64,000 bases of DNA from Octopus sinensis (Eukaryota), in assembly GCF_006345805.1 (NCBI RefSeq), contig NC_043012.1:58900001-58964000 (forward strand), given 5' to 3'. The translations under genes were made by a program, and so were the position numbers. A model generated the notes under the pieces. That model ran no database searches. It was not told the origin of the DNA and was given only the letters and a program-made list of their open reading frames with translations. Shown piece after piece: positions 55,947-64,000 of this stretch. How positions within the stretch are numbered: position 1 is the first letter of the stretch; the number at the start of each line of letters is the position of its first letter.

Positions 55947-56800
55947 TATGGTTTCCTTTCATTATAACTTTATTTCAGCTGCCTCAGTACCGGGCATCCT
56001 CCGGAGGCCAAGAGTAGCAAGGGCACTTTTGTTTCGCTATGCAGGCTAAATTTATTACCACGTTTATTTCATTTTAGATGGAGAGTGCTTCCAGTACCAT
56101 ATGGGCTGTACCCCTCATGGTTATCTTTTGCAGCTCACGGAAATTGGATCTATCAGGGAGTTGCTCAATATACTTCTCAGCTCCCTTCTTTATCATTCCC
56201 AACGCACCAATTGCTACTGGTATTATGGCAGTTCTAAACTTCCACATCTTTGTGATATCAATTTTTAGATCCTTATAGTGAGAATGTTTTTCGTAGTCTT
56301 TTCTTGAGACATTTCTTTGTCTTGTGGGACAGACATATCTATTAACAGAAACGTTCCTCTATTGTAGTCCTTGATCACAATGTCTGGTCGATTGGAGTCA
56401 ATATTTCTGTCTGTTTGTATTGGGAAGTTCATAACGATGAGGACGCCCTCACCATTTACTACATCCTCTGGATGGTGTCTGTACCACTTATCATGAGATT
56501 TAATTTTGTAGTATTTACAAAATTCCAGTGGATGTATTACCCTAGTCTGTCGTGTCTTATAAGGTATTCCTCTTCAGCGAGGACTGGGCAGCCAGAAATA
56601 TCATGATCACTTGTCTCTGTGAATTTTCCGCAAATTCTGCACCAGGGGTCTGATCCATCTTTAAGGACGTTTGCATAGTAGATTCTGGTCGGTAACCTCT
56701 CATCTTGCGCTACAATAACAAATCCTTCAGTTTTCCTTTCAAACTTGTTACTTTGAAGCCATTAGTATGTTATAGTCTGATCAATATCTGGTTTGCAAAG
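55947..56800 (-). mobile_element. R4/Dong-like 3' fragment (Zn knuckle + RLE), another subfamily
   Basis: The minus strand reads KTEGFVIVAQDE...CRICGKFTETSDHDISGCPVLAEEEYLIRHDR...NRPDIVIKDY...LIDMSVP...YKDLKIDITKMWKF..IPVAIGALG...GTAHMVLEALSI*, with the stop at ~56074. The 3' UTR ends at the ATT tract at ~55945. Confidence 0.82.
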
Positions 56801-56802
56801 AA

Positions 56803-57197
56803 GACGGCGAGCTGCCCGAATCGTCTGCACGCCGGGCGAAATGCTTAGCATTATTTCGTCTCCCGCTACGTTCTGAGTTCAAATTCCGCCGAGGTCGACT
56901 TTTCCTTTCATCCTTTCAGGGTCGATTAAATAAGTACCAGTTACGCACTGAGGTCGATGTAATCGACTTAATCCGTTTGTCTGTCCTTGTTTGCCCCCTC
57001 TGTGTTTAGCCCGTTGTGGGTAGTAAAGGAATAGGTATTTCGCCTGCCGCTACTTTCTGAGTTCAAATTCTGCCGATGTCGACTTTGCCTTTCATCCTTT
57101 CTGGGTCGATTAAATAAGCACCAGTTACGCACTGGGATTGATGTAATCGACTTAATCCGTTTGTATATCCTTGTTTGTCCCCTCTATGGTTAGCACC
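56803..57197 (+). mobile_element. Family B-type SINE with a tandemly duplicated ~187-bp body (dimer)
   Basis: One head is followed by two copies of TATTTCG...GTCGATTAAATAAG.ACCAGTTACGCACTG...CTTAATCCGTTTGT, starting at ~56850 and ~57037. Confidence 0.8.
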
Positions 57198-57254
57198 TCA
57201 ATATCGGGTAGGTCTCTCAATATCGGGTTTCTGCTATTATTATTATTACTTTTA

Positions 57255-57288
<34 letters not shown>

Positions 57289-57380
57289 CTTCATCATCAT
57301 CATTAATATTATTATTATCATCATCATCATTATTATTAATATTATTATTATTATTATTATTATTATTATCATCATCATCA

Positions 57381-57411
<31 letters not shown>

Positions 57412-57475
57412 CATCATTATTATTATTATCATCATCATCATCATCATTATTAGTATGTTCTTATAATTATTATTG

Positions 57476-57755
57476 AGTGAGAGATCAGTGCATGCCATCA
57501 AAGTGACATTGGGGTAAACTATACGAAGCCCAGTATACCCATCATAACTACTCGTCTGATAAGAGCACACTAGGCACATACATCACGAACATATGTGCGT
57601 GACATGTTGATTTCATATCAAGATAAACTGCGCATTACCTTGTAGATGTGGGGGGGCTGTTAGAATTATCTTCATACCGAGTAGCCCATCACCTTCAAAA
57701 GATCCCTGAATAAGAGTTGTTTAAGGATGTTGAACGAAACACCCATGTATCCAGG
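57476..57755 (-). mobile_element. Probable 3' end of another retroelement abutting an (AAT/GAT)n tract; family not identified
   Basis: Non-microsatellite sequence begins sharply at the end of the 57235-57475 triplet tract, with the same polarity as the Dong pieces. I recognised no protein motif. Confidence 0.35.
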
Positions 57756-58169
57756 ATATTTCTGTTAACATACACTACCGATGTTTAAAAGTTTTGGGGG
57801 TTTTTTTTTTGAAAATATGAATGCATTATACAACTATCTTTGTCATTATCTAATTAGTGATTCTAAGGCGGTGAACTGACGGAATTGCTGGCACGCAGGT
57901 CGACATTCTTAGATCCATCACCTACACTAATGCCACATCACCTCCACGGACACACACACACACATACACACACACACACACACACACATACAAACAAAAC
58001 AAGCATGCACACCGACATATACACATATGTACGCGTATGTATATAAAAAAAATAACGACAGATGGATTGCGGTTCGCTACAGCTGTTTCAGACGTGTTTT
58101 AATAATGAACAGAAGTGTTCCACTCTCTCACCGAATTCGGGTTGGCAGAGCCAAATGGCAGTATATGAA

Positions 58170-58325
58170 GGCGACGAGCTGGCAGAAGCATTAGCACGCC
58201 GGGCGAAATGCTTAGCGGTATTTCGTCTATCTTTTCGTTCTCATTTCAAATTCCACCAAAGTCAACTTTGCCTTTCATTCTTATGGAATCATAAAATAAG
58301 TACCAGTTGAGCATTTGGGTGATAC
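58170..58325 (+). mobile_element. SINE family B preceded by the same ~140-bp leader as the 6871 copy
   Basis: 58030-58170 aligns to 6741-6871. Confidence 0.7.
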
Positions 58326-61300
58326 AATCCTTATTGAACCGCCAGAGCTACAATCAAAGATATTCTAACTAAGCCCATTTCAACATCATAAAAGTATACA
58401 GAAGGACTCGTATTTAAATCGTTATTGTATGATTTCATAGTTTCCTTTACCATTTTTAGGAGATAGAACGAACGCTTCCAGGTTTCCTCAATGTCTCTTG
58501 AGAACTTATAACTCATGAAAGTGGACTTCGTTTTTATCCTACAAAAATCAATAACGGAGTAGCAAGCATAAACATCGATGTTTAGCTGCTTGATCGATTA
58601 GTGGCAGAATTCATGTCCTACCGTCTTTAAAAAGTAAAGTAAGAAAGTAAAAAGAGATACATTAGATGTGGGAGTCCTGTGGTATACTATTCCTGAAAAA
58701 CAAAAGGAATGGGCACAGCTGCACCGCTTTCTAAACTCATAATAGTTAATGTCCTTGCTTTTCAAAAGAATATTATGACCGTTGGAGTTTATGCCCTCAT
58801 TGAAAATACAAGCGCAAGACCGGGTTAACTTATTCTTTAATTTGTTAGTTGCTGGAAATGAACCTTGGAGGCACCCGTATCACTCATTAAGTTTAGAATT
58901 CTGTGAGCTACGAACTTAAAACGCAACAAGCTAGTAAAACATGAAGGCATATTTTAAGGTCAATAATTTCTAAAGTCAGTATTACCGTGAGGCACTGGAT
59001 CAAATGGAATATTCGTTCAGGATTCTCAGGTGTATTTTCTGAATGCTGGAGGAGCCTGGGGAGACAAAAGCAACAAGTGATAAAAGAAACCCAGGGAAAA
59101 ATACAGTTAACCTAGTGTTGATTTGAACTCAGAAAGGTAAGGACGGAAAGAAACAGTAGTTTTGTTTTGTCCGGTTATGTAACAATTTTGCCAATACACC
59201 GCCTCAGTTATGGTCGTCATTATGGTATACAACAGCAACAAGAGCAACAAAGCAACAACGATAACAACAAATCCATATTGTGCAAAATTCGGTGAAACTT
59301 GGAGCAAACGTTATTTATTATAGCCCCGGGCTGACCAATGCTTTATGTGTGGATCTGGTAATTGGAAACTATGCCGAAATTCGGCCCGTCTATCTATATA
59401 TTCATCTATGCATGCATGCATGTAACCTGTATAGCAAATTTATAAACAGGGCAAAATTTAACTATTTCTCCATAGATTTAGAAACATTATGAACAGTTTT
59501 AACCGATCTTCGAACCGTATTGGGTTAACATCATAGGTCTTTACATCAATTTGCCCAAGCTCAGAGAAACAGGCATACCATAAGCTTTTAATATTTTATA
59601 CCGTATTTAACATTTTATTTAATATCAGAAGCCTGTCAACGGGGATTCCATCCTCGTAGCAAATTTAGCTATTTCTCCGTAAGTTCAAAAAAAAAAATAC
59701 ATGAACAGCTTTGTCCACCCAACTTAGCGGTTCCACCAAAGAAAAGCCAAATTAAACCATGATTAGGTTTGATCGACTTAATATCATTCTTGACGGAGCC
59801 CCAGCATGGCCACTGTCCAGTGAGCCAAACAAATTAAAAATAAAAATGAAGTAAAAGGACTGTCTGAAAACCTTTGTTAACGTCAAAAGGGAACATGCAT
59901 TCTTGCCTATCTCCCTTTATGTATGAATGGTTTCGTGCTTCAGGAAGAATGTAATATTAATGATATTAGCTGTGTGATAATCAGAAAACACTTTTACGTA
60001 GTTTTTACAGCATGGTTTCTCATCATATATTGTAAGCATATTCTATTTGTTTCCATTATACCAACTGCGCCGAAACATCGTATATAATTGTTATTCTTTA
60101 AAGATAGCATTGCTCCGTTAATGTCCACTGCTATGTACAATCCCACGGAAATATAGCATATACCATCAAGAGGAATCTGCGATATAATGTAAATTAATGA
60201 CCATATAACAGCCTATACATACATATAGTGAAAATAAATTCTGAATTTTCTGCAAGCAATAAATACAAATGCTATTACCCTTTCCACAAAGACATGTCTA
60301 CATTGTAAGCTGAACGTCACTTGATCCTGGTCTTTATTGAAATCCGTTAGCCTATAAAAGCACAAAATAAAAACAAGAAATAAAAAAGAGGAATAAAATA
60401 AAGTGACCTGCTCATTTCCATTTCCTTGCTTGTATTCATGATCTTTTGACAGAAAAGCCACACATTAGCATGAATATTTTATCACAGACAGAGTTTCTTT
60501 TATTGTGACATATATATCCCTTTTTGCTTCGACGTAAATGCATATAAAACCGACGCTCTCATACAGGATTCGTATTGTTAAACAGTTTTAACTGAAATGT
60601 GTATAGAACGACGATATCGTATATCACATTGACGAAATAATATCATTATATAAATCTTTGAAGATAAATTCTTCGACATCTCACAATGCAAAAATATTTC
60701 TAGATAATATTATTTTCAACATTTAAAACCATACTGGTTTAGGCATCTATCAACAGACCACCAAGCTTTTGTGATTGTCTAATTCTATTCAGATTCCTGT
60801 CTTCTCAAATATCTTACGAAGACGAATTTATAAACCTTACAGGCAGTTTTACGCCGGAATAAAAGATACCCACCTCGAATATAATATTACTCTTTTACAC
60901 CACATCCAAAAGCTAAAATACCCTTATGACTACGCACCTCATTCTCCTTACAGAATTGTATGAGCCATCGGTTGGTATCAAATTCCTATTAATTCTCTTC
61001 GAAATAAGTTTCTTATATTTCCCATCAAATGCTATAACAGACAACCATAACGTTTTGCTTGGGAAATATTTAAATGTGTTTCATACGCTTTAAAAGTAGC
61101 ACTGACGTATAACATATTTTTGGAGTACCACCATATACGAGTATAATATATGCCTATGTTTGTCTGCTTGGATATCAATGGATGTATCAGTTTGTAAGTG
61201 TTTGCGTGAGCATGTGTATATCAGCTCACGTGTGTGTGTGTTTCTGCGTCAGCACGAAAACATAATCATTATATTGGTAGAAAAGACCTTTTAGAGTTAT

Positions 61301-61589
61301 CATACTATTTCTTCTCAGGAATGTGGCATTCCTATTTCATAAATTCCTAATGGCCAGGATTCAATATCACATATCTCATTATGGTATTCTTGACAATCTC
61401 ATTTCAAAGAAATCCGCGTGTCTGATTTATTCTTCAGTGGATGGCGTCGTTTCCTTCACAGAATTGTACCTGTTGAAAAGAAACTGTACAATTTGAAATA
61501 AATTCCTCTTCAAAGACACGATAAAAAGAAATAAGATGCACGAACAAATAGTAACAGATAATTCCAGAATTCCTATTACATACACACAT

Positions 61590-62070
<481 letters not shown>

Positions 62071-62681
62071 TGCTTGATAGATTGATTGATTCATTCATTC
62101 ATTGCTTGATTGATTGATTTAGACAAGTTCAAGGCGGAATTGTTAGAGAGTCAGATAGATGCCGTATGGGTTTGTACGTTGAGTTCAAATCACGTCCTGT
62201 CACAGAAGGAAAAAGAAATTGTAAAAGTGACGCTTCTGTCAGGAGTTTCCACCGACAAATAAAATCAGAAATTTGAAAACCAATGGCGACATATGCTTTC
62301 GATTCCATTTTGGAACCAAGAAAATATGCTTCCTACAATCTTCAAGGATCACCACACATACACATACATTCATGTGCGTTCGTCCTTCGCCTATGTATAC
62401 ATGGATGTATGTATTGGTGCCAGTTTCGGGCGCAAACCTTAGACAAGTGGCTTCTACCACAGCCCTAGGCAGACCCAAGCTCTGGATTTCGTTGTGGGAA
62501 ACTGGAAGCACCCATATCCATGCATACATACATACAAACATACATACATACATACATGGAGAGAGGGACAGTAATGGACCTAATCAAAAAAGAAAAAATG
62601 ATATATAATCCTAGAGCAATAGGATAGCGTTTCAGATAATGCCTTCTCACACTCATCTGTTCACACATATACACATTTATG

Positions 62682-62728
<47 letters not shown>

Positions 62729-62733
<5 letters not shown>

Positions 62734-63027
62734 TGTTCCTTCTCGAGCCACGCCTGGCTCATAGGTCCGGTTTCCCGGCTCACCTGGCGTATAGGTTCCC
62801 CACCTGGACGGGACGCCGGTCCGTCGCAGGTGAGCTGCAAGATGCAGGAGGAAAGAGTGAAAGAAAGTTGTGGCGAAAGTGTCAGCAGAAGTTCGCAATT
62901 ACCTTGTGCCGGATCCGCGTGGAGCTTAGGTGTTTCGCTCATAAACACACACATCGCCCTCTCTGGGATTCGAATCCGCGATCCCTCGACTGCGAGCCCG
63001 CTGCTCTAACCACTAGGCCATGTGCCT
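62729..63027 (-). mobile_element. Chimeric SINE: family C head and body with a family D-type 3' half
   Basis: The 5' ~190 nt align to family C. The 3' ~100 nt (CCTGCGACGGACCGGCGTCCCGTCCAGGTGGGGAA...CTCGAGAAGG) align to the 3' part of the 17455-17697 copy. Confidence 0.75.
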
Positions 63028-63078
63028 ACACACAAACACACACACACACACACTCACACACACACACACTCACACACC

Positions 63079-63134
<56 letters not shown>

Positions 63135-63196
63135 ATATGTACACACATGCATACGTACATATACACACACACGCCAACTCACACATCCGCTTTTGT

Positions 63197-63227
<31 letters not shown>

Positions 63228-64000
63228 CACTGAACAGAGGAATTATGTATCTAATGCACAAGTTTATTGAAAATTTAATAAGATCCCGAATATTGAAGAC
63301 AGTGAAACATGTATTATTCTCTTTATAACGATTTCATTTCATTTATTGTTTACGGTTGTGATTTCCAGTCATAATAAACACACTGGAGAAATTTCTCCAA
63401 AACTGCAGGTTAAATAAATATGAGTATAACTGGAGCAATCCTAAATGGTAAAGATATTTCCAATATTATAGCTCGAACATCTATACATAACAGCTCCATT
63501 CACTGAAACCCGCCATCTTTTATTCTTAAAAATGAGGAATATATCGGTTAATTTAGTCATAGCTATGCGCAGAATTGAGATGTTACAGCTGGAAGGTTAA
63601 ACGTTGAGAAGGAAAACTTCAGTTATGATTAAAGCGCAAATTGAGCATTGTACAACATATTAATTACATGTATTTTTATTCTTACTTAGTAGAATAATAA
63701 TCATAAGATTTATAGTAAAACCAGGAAGCATGTAAGAGCGTTTCGTTTATTTTACTATGTTTGTCAGCGTTCTTTTAATTATGTAAGCGTAGCAAGAAGC
63801 AGGAGACAGCTAAAGCGAGTTAGCTGCAAACCAAGACATCCATCGACGCATTTTTAACTCCCCACCCAATCGAAGCCCTGTCAATACGCTGTGCAGTTAA
63901 TGTTCCTGTTAAAAGCATGAATGAAATATTTTCGTCTCCTTTTCCACTAAAATATAGAAAGAAGAAAATGAACAACATACCACGAAATAAATGTATTCCT

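Noticed and set aside
60055-60088. ATTATA...GAAAC-ATC-GTA-TATAAT, resembling a hammerhead stem I and stem III
   Set aside because: Only 11 nt lie between stem I and GAAA, and there is no CUGANGA core. At best it is a deleted relic.

Overview
Repeat-dense, AT-rich animal genomic DNA. The SINE families and microsatellite load look cephalopod, probably Octopus; this is recognition-based inference, not a database result. I could not identify a host protein-coding gene, and nearly all short ORFs in the track are microsatellite artefacts. Main contents: (1) a full-length 6.13-kb Helitron (31290-37422) with both termini, an A^T insertion site, and a ~1620-aa Rep/PIF1-helicase ORF broken only by two 1-nt frameshifts and carrying 8-9 N-terminal 23-aa STPR-like repeats; (2) a co-oriented chain of four distinct R4/Dong-type non-LTR retrotransposon pieces (51.6-56.8 kb), each abutting a (TAA)n tract; (3) a near-perfect 702-bp palindrome (40426-41127) whose two arms each contain a canonical type I hammerhead ribozyme fold; (4) a separate compact hammerhead 7 nt from the Helitron 5' end, plus a second family of small inverted-repeat elements with variant hammerhead-like cores; (5) a decayed Tc1/mariner transposase; (6) more than 25 tRNA-headed SINE copies of about four modular families, including nested, tandem, inverted and chimeric arrangements. 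Coordinates of degenerate repeats are approximate (about +/-10-20 nt). All RNA folds were paired by eye, not computed.
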